Of a stretch of 64,000 bases of DNA, positions 23,802 to 37,061 are shown piece after piece. Source of the stretch: Gnetum montanum (taxonomy: Eukaryota; Plantae; Gnetophyta). The position numbers were made by a program, and so were the translations under genes. How positions within the stretch are numbered: the first letter of the stretch is position 1; every line of letters begins with the position of its first letter. Under the pieces are notes generated by a model. It saw only the letters and a program-made list of their open reading frames with translations, searched no databases and had not been told where the DNA came from. The stretch is taken from NCBI GenBank assembly GCA_015680685.1, contig MNCI01003306.1:924756-988755 (forward strand), read 5' to 3'.

Positions 23802-26800
23802 ATGAATCCTGCTACCACTTCGATTCCTACCATGGGTTTGGAGGTGTCTCACTTTGTTCCACACATGGTGGATCTTGAGCAACCGCCTAGCCCAATGTGG
23901 ATACTACAGTAGTCTCTTAGACTACAGCATCAATCACCCGAATGCTTACCTCAAGACAAAGAGTGATATAATTTTCTATGTGCGAAAATCCAAGAAAATC
24001 TACCATTTGACTATCATGAATTTTAGGAAAAATGTAACTTTGAGATCATTCATTAGAATAGAAGGGAGTTCATTCCTACGTGTGATACCACTATCACATT
24101 CACTAACACATGTCAATGGCTTTTAAACCAGCTTGTGCAATTAAGTAGGTCAAGAGAATGGGACATAGTATCTCACTATGATGAACCTTTTCATGATGGC
24201 CAAGAGGAGTTAGACTCCCATTCTGAAGGTGGTGGTCCAACCTATGCTACGACTGTCCCTTCCACCTTTGTTGTTCATTCACACCAATTATAATTTTCTG
24301 CCTCTTTTGCTACTACCATGACACTACTACAACTGAGACCCTCTTTGGTGATGGGTAGTCATCAAATGTTGTCAACATATCAGCATGCAGGCCCTTCAAC
24401 CTCATTTCCCATTAATCATCCTTGCAAGTTTGTCCAAGCCCCACACCCAACGTCAATGATGCCCACATTGCCATATGTGCACACCATGCCCACATCACAA
24501 TTGCATGTAAGTTTTATTTCTATCCCCTCCTCTATACCCATTCCACCATTAGTAGTGGGCCCAACCTCAACCACATGGTGGACAACAATGACCTCTTTTC
24601 CTGCAACTCAAATGTCTCACATGCCACAATACGCATAGTCCCAAATATACCAAGTTTCACATGTAACGCAATCGAACACAGGGTTGTGGCCCACCCCAAC
24701 CATTGGGCAGATAACCACCCCCATAGCACCATCGATGTCAGCAGCTCCAATGGTACCACCCACTAGGTTGTAGGATCCTCAAATAACACCACTAGTAGGA
24801 GCTATTCTGATAGCACCCCCAATGGGACTAGTAGCCACACCAATAGCACCACCAGTGATGGCTACTCCAGTAGCTTCACAAGCCCCTGTAACACCCCCAA
24901 GTCTAGACCACACCTTTTAGCTCATCCATACCCTCACCGAAGAGATTAAACGGCTCAAAGCCGCCGATTCTGAAACTGTTCAAGTCATGGACTTCTACCA
25001 AGATGACCCGATCAGTCCAATTGTTCCCATGCTTACATTGCCTCCTAGGGTATAGCTTCCCTAGTTTACAAAATACAATGGGAAAGGTAATTTGAATGCC
25101 CACCTGATCACTTTCAGGTTTGAATCCTTGTTACTACAACTGTGGCCCCATACCATCATTCATGTTTTTTCCATGTCCTTGATAGACAAGGCCTTAGACT
25201 GGTACAATGCGCCTCCCTATGCTTCTATCTCAAAATTAGAAGAATTGCTAAGCCAGTTCATGACTCGTTTTAAGTATAACTTGAAGCTGGAGGTCACTTT
25301 AGATTAGCTCATGAACATTAAACAAGAATCATTAGAATTTGTACAAAAATTCATACACCGTTGGAGTGCTACCCTAAACGAAATACATGAACCAATTTTC
25401 GAGGCCCATTTTCTAGCTATTTTCAAAAGGGCAATAAATGATTTTATCAACTCCAAACTATATTATTTGGCTCCGCATTCCCTTAGCCACGTGTTGGCTC
25501 AAACTAAAAGCATTCAGGATGCGGCGAAGGCTAGTAGAGATCCAGCATACGTAGCCTATAAAAACACACATACAATGAAAGACAAGGAGAAAGGTAAGGC
25601 CACAACAACCACAGTGGCCACTGTGGCTAATGAGACCAAGTCAAACAATAGTAAAAGGATTTCCAGAACACCCGAAGCCTCCACTAACACAACACTCAGC
25701 TCCAGTAGCACTAGTCCATCCCTGACATTAACACCCATAGTGCAAACTCTACCAAGGCCAAATTTTAAGTGCAAGGATCGCTCAAAATATACCCCGTTAC
25801 CAATTAAGCCTTCGAAGCTTCTAAGTTAATTATTTGGAGCTGAGTGTATCCAACATAAACAAATGTCAGAGGAGGTCCTTAAGCGTCACCAAAGGTACTT
25901 TGAAGTCCTTCGTGATCCCTCCTTGGCTATGCCTAATGAACCACTAGTACCCAGGAACTTCAAGCTAGAGCATTTTTGCTATTATCATCAATTGTGTGGG
26001 CATGATACAGATTATTTCCTGGCATTGAAAGATGATATCCAGCGAATGATCAATCAAGGTAAGTTGGTCCTGGATAAGAGCAGTCCTTTCTAACTTGAAA
26101 ATCAATTAATGAATGTTTACAAAGATCCTTTGAATGCTAACAATGCAGGTTACACTATCAATGCCATTGGCATTGATGATAACATAGAATCAAACATGAA
26201 CCCTTCGTGGTTCATGTACCTCCCCGCAATGCTAAAGCTTCAACAACAACCAGGTCACAAACCCCTTTGTCATTAGGGCCTCTCCATAAACATCTGTTGC
26301 ACCATTTGTACTTAAAACTATATTGTGTCCCACTACAACAACCCAAGCAACATTTGTTATCAAGATGCCAAAGCATGCACGTTCCCCTACTACCCAAATT
26401 TAAGTGACAAGCAATGCGTCTCAACTTCCTCATCTAAGGAAACACGAAGAACATCTAGCAAATAAGTTTGCTAGAGAATGCACTACGTTGGGCCCCCTTA
26501 AGCCCATCCCCTTGTCCACAATTCCCATGACCTCTTCATCATCAGCCACTAGTGGCAACACACACATGCAACCATCATCCTCTGATTCAAAAAGGCTTAT
26601 TATCCAACCCAAAGCCACTCCCCCTTAGGCAATTCATCTTCTAGGGTGTATAGAAGAAGAAAAATTTAGCAAATAATCAGATAATGGGCAAGACTTCCTA
26701 AATGCATTTTCATAGGTTAAATAGGCCTTGAAACAAAAGAACACAACATTAAGCTTTTACGACTTAATAATGACCTATACGGTGCATCATGAGACTTTGG

Positions 26801-27605
26801 TTCACATGTTAGCATCTATTTCTATTAGTAAAAACATGCCAGCCAAAGAAAAGCTATCCATGCCATTATGCTTCCCTTTGTGATTGAAGAACCATAGCCA
26901 GCCCATTTAACATTTCATGGAAAAGCCATTAAAGATGACCCTGAAAAGGGTCAAGTGACTACCACCCCCATGTTTATCACAATTCGGGTAGGTCAGTATA
27001 AGATTTGTAGAATACACATCGATGACGGGGTTGCCACCAATGTGATCCCATTCCCCATAGTGGACAAGTTGGGCCTGGTGGATTAAATCAAGCCCACAAC
27101 AACCTCATGTTTAAAGTCATTCAATGGGGCATGCATCGTGGTCAAGGGGACTGTTACCATCAACTTTATAGTAGGGGACTAGTTTCCCACTAGCGCAGTA
27201 TTTATTATGATAGAAGAGATGCCTGGGTTTAACTTGATCTTGGGAAGATCGTGGTTAGCCTAACTAAGAGCTATCTCCTCACCCATACACCAAGAGATCC
27301 ACTTACCCTATGCAGGTGAAGAGGTGGTGATCTTTGGTGATGAAGTAGCTCCCCGAGCCATAAACAATATAAACATCGAGTAAGGATCAGAGATAGAAAT
27401 CTCTGAAAATGAATCACCCATTCATCCTAAAATTCCATGTTTGACAAATGAGCCGTCCAAAACTACCAACTTAAATGAAGAAACCATGTGGGCCAAATTT
27501 CCCTTCCAAACGGCAGATGATAGCATAGAGGAATGCCACCACAAGGCTTCCCGACCATATGCCTTGCCTAACCCACGTCGGATTAGGAAATAATTACATG
27601 ATTAA
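23802..27605 (+). pseudogene. gag: Element B Gag-protease ORF (decayed), ending RPYALPNPRRIRK*LHD*
   Basis: FTKYNGKG, FSMSLIDKALDWY, KQESLEFV..FI.RW, FCYYHQLCGHDT, IHIDDGVATN, FNLILGRSWL. Confidence 0.9.
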
Positions 27606-27726
27606 AGTTTTCCTCCACTTTACTTCAATCAATTTTATACTTCTGTTTGCATGATTTCCATTTTGCATTAAGTTTTTGTTTACATTGTCTCTGCTACTAG
27701 CATTAGTTAAAGCGATTATGGCTTGG

Positions 27727-27965
27727 AATGGCCTTAAACTACCATCACGGCTTGAAATGGCCTTAAACTACCGCCATGCCTCGCTAAGGCCTAAAACTGG
27801 CAACATCACTTTCGAAAACCACCTTACACATGACCCAAAATGGCCTTAAACTACCACCACAGCTCGTTAAGGCCTAAAACTAGCAACCCTACTTTCAAAA
27901 ATTACTTCACATATGGACCAAAATGGCCTAAAACTAGCAATGGCCTGAAATGGCCTCAAACTAGA
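27727..27965 (+). repeat. GGCCTTAAACT motif array after the protease of B
   Basis: About 7 copies of ggcct(t/a/c)aaact with variable spacers. Confidence 0.85.
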
Positions 27966-28115
27966 GCATGGGGGCCCACAAGGGGCTATAGTACACCAAC
28001 AAACACATTAACCAAAAGGAATAAAACAAGTGTTTTAATTTCCATTAAATATAAGTCTATACTCAGAATACATAACAATAGGCATTTCATTTCAAAGAAA
28101 AAATTTGCCAATGGG

Positions 28116-31100
28116 CTATGAGTCTTTGCCAGTATCTTTATCCCCTACCCCACTAGGTCCTACATCCTCATTTGGGTCTTGCATAAAGTAAGAATAATAT
28201 AATGAGTCAAATTACAATCACATATCATAGAATAAACTACAATATAGTAAATCTTGGCTAACTTGAGATGGGCTTGCATCCATCTCTAGAGGTATTCTAT
28301 CCATGCTAACTACTAAGTGTCAATGTATTTCATCCTCACTTAAGTTGGCCTAATCTTCTTCCCCTAGATCAACGCTTGCTACAATTTTTCCCTTTTCCAC
28401 AACTGTCCATGTGGGCGGTCCTAGAGAGAATGTAGTAGTAGTGGTCTCCCCAAAAGGCAAGGTTACCTCTCCCTCAAGAGATTCACTTACCACTACCTAC
28501 TTTGTAAATCTTTCGTAGGCCTTGGTAGCACCAATTACATCAAGAAATAGCTCATGAGTATGCAATTCAACAAAAGCATCTTGATATTTTTGATGGTAGG
28601 CAACAAGTTCCACCTTGTACATGTGTTTATGATTTTTCTGTGCCTGCCCCCATTCATACACCTTGGCGTTGTAGTCTTTTCAATCCTGGTTTTTCAGGGC
28701 CAATAGATCCATTTGCAAGCATTGTTCAATCACTTCCTGGGTAGCTTCATTCCTTCCTTGTACAGCCAACCAATATCTTGCATAATCGATTACAGTCGTA
28801 CGCCAACTACCATCTGAACTATTGCGAGCCATTAAGAACTCATTCCTTGACTGCAGATCTTCCAATTCAACTGCTTGACTAGCTTTCTCCTTGTCGAGTT
28901 TCTAGACCCATTTTCAGAGGTCTTCATTAAGGCACCTACACTCCCACAACGATCATGCCAAGTATAGTGCACATTTACTTGCCTCCTCGTATATATTAGG
29001 AGGCACCTTAGTTACCTCGGGAGGGAGCTCAGGCACAACATCAACTTCAACTGTCTATTGTGGGTCCCATTTGAGTCAAGAAGTTGGTAATCATACACAA
29101 AGAAGCGTTAATCACTAGATGATAGCAAAAATACAATAAAGTAGAGAGAAAACATTGTACTTCAAATGAAACTATCCCGGGGTCAATTTTTCTTAAGCAA
29201 TCAATCATGTCATCAACAATCCCCTCCATAAAGGCAAACTTATCTGACGTTTCTATCCATGGCTCTAGGCAAAAGGAAGAAGAAGACTCAGGACCTTTAG
29301 TAGCAGTGTCTACTATATAGTAAAAGCACATTAGCATTATGAAAAAGAGGGATAGGAAAGTGGGAAGTAACATAAAAAATAATGTAAATCTTCTACCCAA
29401 ACAACCCTCAAGGGTAAGACTGGGGGGGATCACCCATTAGCACACTGTCAAACAAACAGTCAAACTCATCAGTGCCAAACTGTAGCCCTTCTACCTCTAG
29501 CTGACTTAACAGTGTAGCAGCATCTTCAACCGTCATGTACCCCTCAAGTGCTGGGGAACACTTTTCCAAAGGTTCATCTATAGTAGGGGCCTCTTCCTCT
29601 ACTGCAGGGGCCTTGTCCTCTACAACTGAGGCCTCTTCTTCTTCTATAGCAAGGGCCCCTACCCCAAGGGCCAAAGTTTCTTCTTCATCATCTATTAAAC
29701 ACATCTGAAGTGAGCATGCTAGTCTAACAAAACAAAAAAAGGGGGGAGGGGTAGCTAACGAGGCAATTAAATCATACTCACTAGCAAATGCAGGTTGCAC
29801 TTTACAAACCTTGATCCGTAATCTTTTGCCTCTTTCTTCATTGGTATGCAAAGGCTCTTCTATGGGAAAAGATTTCTTGTGTTGCAACTTTGATTTCACC
29901 ATTTCAGCAATAAGGCATGCATCCCTTACCACATTGCCTATGTTAGTATGAGGCGCTTGTCCAATGCTGTCTTGTGCATGAAAGGGTCATCCCACCTGAT
30001 CCTTCGTTGTTAACGAAAAAAACTTCCCAATAGCTTCTAGGGGGTTCTAGGATCGAGTGGTGTAGAATACTTAGCAGATCCATGGCTTGGATATCTAGGT
30101 GTGATCCTACAACACCCAAATGTCATTCTCTCAAACCACCAAGAATTCAGCAAACCGTCATAGGTAGGCTATAAAAAAGGCAAAATGCACATTAAAACAT
30201 GCATTAAGATTCTCATAAAGCTTAATCATTTTGGCCCGCAAACCCTCAATGAGATACTTAGCCTAATTATAGTGAGTCCCTTCTTCCATGACATCCCTCA
30301 TAATCCAAGTCTGCTCTACCCCAAAAATTTTCCCTTAGGAGAGTAACTTGGGGAAAGCACGACCCCAGAAGACAAGGTAAACCTTATGGGCTACCTCTAG
30401 CTTGACCTTATTCATGTAAATCCCCTTTCAATCTTTGCGCATCCCTAGCCATTCTTCTATGTCCTCTCGATGGTTTACATATTTTCTGGTCTTCTCCCCT
30501 ATATGTAAGCCATCAGAAGGAACACTTAAGAGATCTGTGAAAAGGTTGTCAGTGATCTCAAACACCACCTGTACATTATGCACTCACGTGCGAAAGCGGT
30601 CAGCCCTTTCCATAAAAGAGTCAACAAGGACGAGCATCTCTACAGCTGGAATGCTTGGATTTACTACTAAAAATAAGTTCATGAGCCCAACCTCTTGGAC
30701 ATTCTAAACAAGGGTGGCTTAGGCCCCATTGTAAAACCAGCATTGTGTCTTGTCCACTTCATCATATTTAAAGAAGAGGTTAGTTTTGTCACATCCTGAT
30801 GTGATTACTGTAACCTCTATAGACTCGGCCACCACTATAGTAATCAAAAGATAAAAGCAAAAATAATTAATCGATCAATCAAAGGCATGCAAAAATACAT
30901 ACAAAACCTAACCCACCAAGTGTAAACAGCGTAGGGAATAATAGGATTTTCACTAAAACTTCTTCCACAGTAGGTATTCAATGAGACACCCATTCGCTAT
31001 CCAACCACCCAAGCTCTTTGCACTTCAGAGAGAACTTGGCATACTTGGTTGGATAGGTTCTAAATTTGGCCCCAAGCTATTCTATGACACTGGCCCACAT

Positions 31101-32860
31101 GCTCTCAGTAGAAGAGAACTCCTATAGGGCTATTTAGGCCAATGCTAATGTCCCCTCTTTATCGTGAAGATCATCCTTGTCGATTACGAACCTGGCAACA
31201 CAATAGATCACAATAAGCATTTCAACTATGCAAGACAAATAACACAATAGGTCTAAGTATCTTCATAGGACTCACCCACCAGCACAGTAGATGATCCCAA
31301 GTGGATTTTGGAAGAAAGTGCCCATGTGGCATGCGACGAATAAGGTGTTGTGCTTATGGCAACATTTAAATTCAAGCATGGCCCAAATCCAAGATAAGTG
31401 CCTCAAACCTTTTGGATGTTGATTTGAGCCCCCTGCCCCTTCACCTTCAACAGACCCATCAACCAAAAATTTTAAGATGCCTCAGTTTGCCCCGGGCAAT
31501 AACGTTTCAACCAAAACACTAGTTGTACAACCGATAAGTGTGACCATACCATCACACTGAAATGGCGAAGGAGGAACTCTAGAAATTCCTGTGTGCCTTC
31601 CTAAAACTAGACTACTTGATCCCTTACTTGTGCATGGGGAGGGGGAACATTAGCCACAAGGGTACTTAAGCAACACAAAACCCCTACTAGCTCAATCACA
31701 ATTAATATGGGTTTTAACATGACCTTGCATGGTATAGCACAAAGCATTAGTTCACCACATTCAAGTGATGGTTACTATATAGTGTAGCAATCCCTTGTGC
31801 ACAAATTTCTCCAAGTATGAAACGTGATGCCCCTCATTTTGTGACTTGCCCTGTATAGCGCAGTAGCTGTGTTACGCACAGCATAGCAGTGTAGCGTGTG
31901 ACACAGTGTAGCGGGTACAACCCGTGTAGCGTAGTGGCTGTGTCATGTGCAACATAGCAACGCAACAGGTACACCATGTGCAACGTAACAAGCATAGCAG
32001 CATAATAGGTATGGTAGCGTAGCAGTGTAACAGGCATAACAACATAGTAGGTATGACAACGTAGCAAGTATAGCAGTGTAGCAAGGATGGTAGTGTAGTA
32101 GCATGACAACATAGCATAACAAGCAGTGAAAACACAACACGGCCTATCTATCACGCTGACAAAAGTAACATGGCCCAAGAAGGAACACAAAACATTTCCA
32201 TAGCCCTAGCTCTATTCCACTGCATGGAATGTAACAAAATAAAATATAAACCAAACCCCATTTACATGCACTATGCTGCCAAGAGCATGTGCTACGCTAC
32301 CTGAAAACCTCTCAAACCAGAACCCTCTACATCCTTGAAATGGTACAACGTCCCACCCACCACAATGATGGCTGTGGTAGTAGCATAATGACCATGGCCA
32401 TAGCAATCACCACAAAGGCAGCGACAACAATTGTAGCATAGTAGTTGTGACAAAGACCACAACCAGAGTAGTAACAGCCACAACATAGTCGCTGTAGCAG
32501 TAGCCAAAGCCATGACAATAACAATTATATTGTAACAAATGTAACAACCGTGGCCACTGAGGTGCGATGACCACGAAAATAGCCCCATCGAATAAACCAA
32601 AAAACATTAACAAATGCAACATAGCAACATACCGGGTAGATGGTGCTTCCTATCATTCCTCAATGCATGCCCTAGGGAGATGTCATAAGGTGGGTTCCCC
32701 TTCATCTACGTTGGCAAGACCTTGATATATGCACTCACTCTTATGTGCCATCATCTTATTGTCAAACTCGAGTGTATCGATTGCTACGCTAAAACTGCTA
32801 CACCGCCTCTCTATCTGAACCGTGCTACACTCTGGGTGTTAGCTTTGACATTAAAAATGA
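28116..32860 (-). pseudogene. Antisense multi-exon gene inside element B (homologue of the one in A)
   Basis: Minus-strand introns at about 28179-28262, 29071-29160, 29313-29396, 29724-29809, 30835-30916 and 31192-31275, plus upstream donors at 32300 and 32632. Core exon reads VGLMNLF..SIPAVEML.LVDSF..LFTDLLSVPSDG..EEWLG..RAFPKLLS..VHFAFFIAYL*RFAEFLVV. Confidence 0.82.
31850..32130. repeat. Low-complexity (A)GCGTAGC/GTGTAGC/GCATAGC repeat in a 5' intron of the antisense gene
   Basis: Dense decayed copies of cagcgtag. Confidence 0.75.
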
Positions 32861-32883
32861 CAAGACTACCATGGGTAATCCCC

Positions 32884-32891
32884 TATTTATA
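32884..32891 (-). promoter_or_regulatory. Candidate TATA box of the antisense gene of B
   Basis: Plus-strand ctatttatag reads CTATAAATAG on the minus strand, ~250 bp upstream of the first donor (32632). Confidence 0.6.
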
Positions 32892-33079
32892 GCTCATAGG
32901 GTTATAGCACCTGTTACATTTTGGGACGTTCCATGTCCTGCGCGTAACGTGGGACGTCCCGTGTCCCTCACGTAATGCAGAATATCCCTGTTCCTTGTAG
33001 CGTAGCACACAGCTGCAGTGTAGCACATGAATACACCAAAATTTTCACCTCATTTTCATAAGGTTGCACAGTTATGATC

Positions 33080-33442
33080 TGCTACAACCTTAAACTGGCA
33101 ATTTTGACATACAATGTCGCTTAATCACGGTCCGCTATGACCTTAAACTAGCAAGTTTGCGGTTTTTTTTCTTTTATATTATAATCATAGTAGCGGTCCG
33201 CTACGATCTTAAATTGGTAATTGTTGGCATATAATGTTGCACGGTTGTGGTCCACTATGACCTTAAACTGGCAATTTTAGAATTCCCTCTATATTCTAGT
33301 CACAATGATGGTCTGCTACAACCTTAAACTAGGAATTTTGACATATAATTTTGCATGGTTGTGGTCAGCCAAGACCTTAAACTGGCAATCTCGAAATATA
33401 ATTTTGCATGGTTGTAGTCTGCTAATACCTTAAACTGGCAAT
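33080..33442 (+). repeat. ccgctatgaCCTTAAACTGGCA array before the RT of B
   Basis: 7 copies with ~50-65 bp period. Confidence 0.88.
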
Positions 33443-33541
33443 TATGTGACATTGCATAATCACCTTGCATATATTTCATCGCATGTCGCTCTATTAAGAA
33501 GGTATCACTTGACATCTATTTTTTTTTTGCTTATTTTGCAA

Positions 33542-36500
33542 GCGTGCTTTAAAAATGGCTATGCATGTTGATCTCCATTTGCCCTTGATCTTGGCAGACT
33601 CATGAGGTGCTTGAACATAGAGTTGGTAGACTTGGAACCATCCCCTTATGATACCAACATAGCAGCCTCAGAAACATCCCTGGACTGGCCCAAGCATCTG
33701 GTCCAATCCTTAGATTTAGAAGTCGGTGATGTAACTAAGGATCCCCTTGTTGAAATCTCCATGACCACACCTAGAGGCAAGGCGAGAACATTAAAAGTTA
33801 GCTTCCTACTAGAGCCACAGGTGCAACAAAACATCTCTAAAGTTCTCAACGATAATGTCAAAGTATTTGCATGGTCATATGAAGATATGCTAGGCTTATG
33901 CCTGTGAGTCATACAGCACAATATCATCCTAGATTCACGTGTTAAAGCGGTTTAACAAAAAGCTCACAAAATTAAACCAGAGATCACCTTAGCTATACGT
34001 GATGAAATCACCAAACTTTATCAGGCTAGTTTCATCCGAGCTATTGATTATTCAGACTGGGTTTCAAACATCGTAGTTGTCCCTAAGAAAATTAGGGGTA
34101 TACAAATTTGTATAGACTTCCAGGACTTGAATAAGGCAACAATTCAAGACAATTTCCCATTGCCTAGTATTAACTAACTTATCGATACTACAGCTAATCA
34201 TGCCTTACTATCCTTTATGGATGGATTCTTAGGCTGTAGTCAAATCCACATAAATCCAGAGCATCAGCTAGCAACTACTTTCATGACCCCTTGGGGAACC
34301 TTTTGTTACACGATGATGCCCTTTGAGCTAAAGAATGCTGGAGCAACATATCAATGGGTAATGACTTATATTTTTAGCAACTACCTTTTGGAGAGGCTAA
34401 ATGATTATGTGGATGATATAGCTGTTAAATCTAAGAAAGCTCCTGATCATCCTAATGATCTAAACATGGTCCTTCAACATTGCCATAGGCATGACCTTCA
34501 CCTCAACCCTAGAAAATGTGTTTTCGGAGTCAAAACTGGATGCATGCTAGGCTTTGTAGTGTCAGAAATGGGGATACGAGTGGACCTTGATAAAGTTAAG
34601 GCCATCATTAACTTGGCACCACCTAAAAACCTTAAAGAGTTATGTGAGTGAGTTTTAAGGCAAGATGTAGTTCATAAGAAGATTTATCATAAGGTTAACA
34701 GATAAATTGCATCCAATGCAACACTTGCTTAAAAATGGAGTCAACTTTGAATGGACAAACCAATGCCAAGTAGATTTTGATAACTTAAAGAAAGAGCTTG
34801 TTCATCTTCCCATCGTTTACCCTCCACAGAGAGATAAGCCTTTCTACATTTATCTTGCCACTTTAGACACGTCTATTGTTGCATTGTTATGCCAAAAGAG
34901 GCACGATGGTTCCAAAATCCCTATTTACTACCCAAGTCATGTGTTGATAGCTCATGAAGCAAAGTACAACAAGGTGAAGAAAAATTGTCTTGCTTTAGTA
35001 TTCATGCTTAAGAAGTGGAGGCATTACTTGTTTCGTAGCCAAGTAAACATCATATGCACAAGTAACATACTTCGGGCTATTACAACCAATATATACGAAA
35101 GTAGCAGGATAGCCTAATGGAAAGCCATGACTATAGAATTTGATCTACGCTATATAGCACAATCATCTATAAAAGGTCAAGCAATAGCTACACAACTCAC
35201 GACTTCACCCACTAATGACCAAGCAATAATAGAACTTGAATACCCAAATGAGCATGTCAGTAGCATAAACCTCGTACCACCAGATTTCAAAGCCATTCTA
35301 CATTTCGACGATGCTTCAACTACATGAGGTGGTAGTGCCACTACCATTCTCACATTCCCCTCTAGGAAAATTTGACCATTCGCATATCACTTCATATTTC
35401 TTTACACAAACAATGTAGCAGAATATGAGGGTCTCCTTAGGAGTGTGCTAGCAGCTCGAGAGTTGGGGATTCAAAACTTAGCAATTCGAGGTGACTCGCA
35501 ATTAATCATTAACCAGATTACAGAAGTTTATTCCTACAAGGCACAACATTTGCATCCTTACTACGATTTGGTCAGATGCTTACTAAAGCAGTTTGCAATC
35601 CTAGACATCCAACATGTGCCCTGTAATGAAAATACTATAGCCAATGCGCTATCCACATTAGCTTTAAGTGTGCCACCACACATGTTCGCTACCTTGCCTA
35701 CCACAATAATGAAATGCACCGACCCCATCATTCACACAATACACATTATGTCTGTAAGTGTAGCTCACACTCGAGAATGGTATGACGATGTTAAAACATA
35801 TCTCCAACAAGGTGAACCCCCACACAACCTAACACCTGCCCAAAAGGATGCAGTACAAAAGCAAGCACGGTAATATGTCCTCATAGGAGACAACACTCTA
35901 TGAAAATGCTCTTATGATGGAATATTGCTAGTTTGCATTCATGGGGATGAGGTGCAAAAAATTGTTGATGAAGTCCATAAAGAATTGTGTGGAGGGCACA
36001 TAGCTCTTAGAGCTATGGTAGCAAAAATTAGACGATTAGGCTACTAATAGCCTTATTTAGAGCACAATTTCATCTCTTAGGTTAGAACATGTGATGTGTG
36101 TCAATGTCATGGCAACCTCTTACATGTATCGCCCACCAAATTGCATACCACATAAATCACATGGCCCTTTCAATGTTGGGGACTAGACATTGTAGGGCCC
36201 ATCACACCCAAGTCTTCTATAGGGCACAGTTTCATCATTACCATAACTAAGTACTTTACCAAGTGGGTAGAAGCCATACCTCTTATAAATATCATATCCC
36301 AACAAGTTTTCAAGTTCATTTTGGACAACATAGTGACACGATTTGACCTTCCCATGACTATTGTTACCAACAACATGCCACAATTCAATAGCGCAAAAAC
36401 CAAAGCCTTTTCCAAAAGTCTTGGTATCAAACACTCTTTCTTATCATCATATTACCCCCAAAAAATGGCCAAGCAGAAGTCACTAATAAGGTTATTATCA

Positions 36501-37018
36501 ACCTTTTGAAAAGGATGCTCAGCAATAGCAAATGATGATGGCATGAGCAACTCCTCTATGTGCTTTAGGCTTATCACACAACATGCAGGATGGCTACAGG
36601 TAAGACCCTGTATAGTCTTGTATATGGATCTAAAGTAGTGTTACCTCTTGAATTGCAGGTCCCGTCACTTCGAATGATCCTTTCAAATATCATGAACAAC
36701 ACTCAAAATAATGAGTCAAGGATCATTGACCTTGAGTCTGTAGAGGAGGAGTGCACCCAAACACTTAACCACATTGAGTGGTACCAAGACAAGCAACAGT
36801 GGAAACATCATTGCAATTTGCATTAATAATTGATCAAAAAGGGGGACTTAGTCCTAAAGACCATTCGTGAACCCGTGAGCAAATTCTCAGCCAACTGGGA
36901 AGGCTCCTTTGCAGTTACAAAAGCATATGAGAATGGGGCATTCAAGCTAGTTGACATAGATGGCAACGAATTCCCAAATCCTGTCAATCATTTGTACCTA
37001 AAGCCATCTTGCACCTAA
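33542..37018 (+). pseudogene. pol: Element B RT-RNaseH-aRH-integrase
   Basis: VFAWSYEDM, MDGFLG, YVDD, GDSQLIINQ (archaeal-type RNase H), ELCGGH, WGLDIVGP, KYFTKWVEA, WEGSF. The order RT-RH-aRH-INT is Tat-like. Confidence 0.95.
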
Positions 37019-37061
37019 CATACAACGTCATGCCAAATATAAAGCAAGGTAAGCACCATCT

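Noticed and set aside
31834-32622. Cys/Tyr/Leu-rich short ORFs in the ORF track
   Set aside because: They are translations of low-complexity repeats in several overlapping frames, within predicted introns.
28116-32860. Antisense gene as a host gene or an independently nested transposon
   Set aside because: It occupies the same slot in two separate elements, is bracketed by element-specific arrays, and has no termini or TSD of its own.
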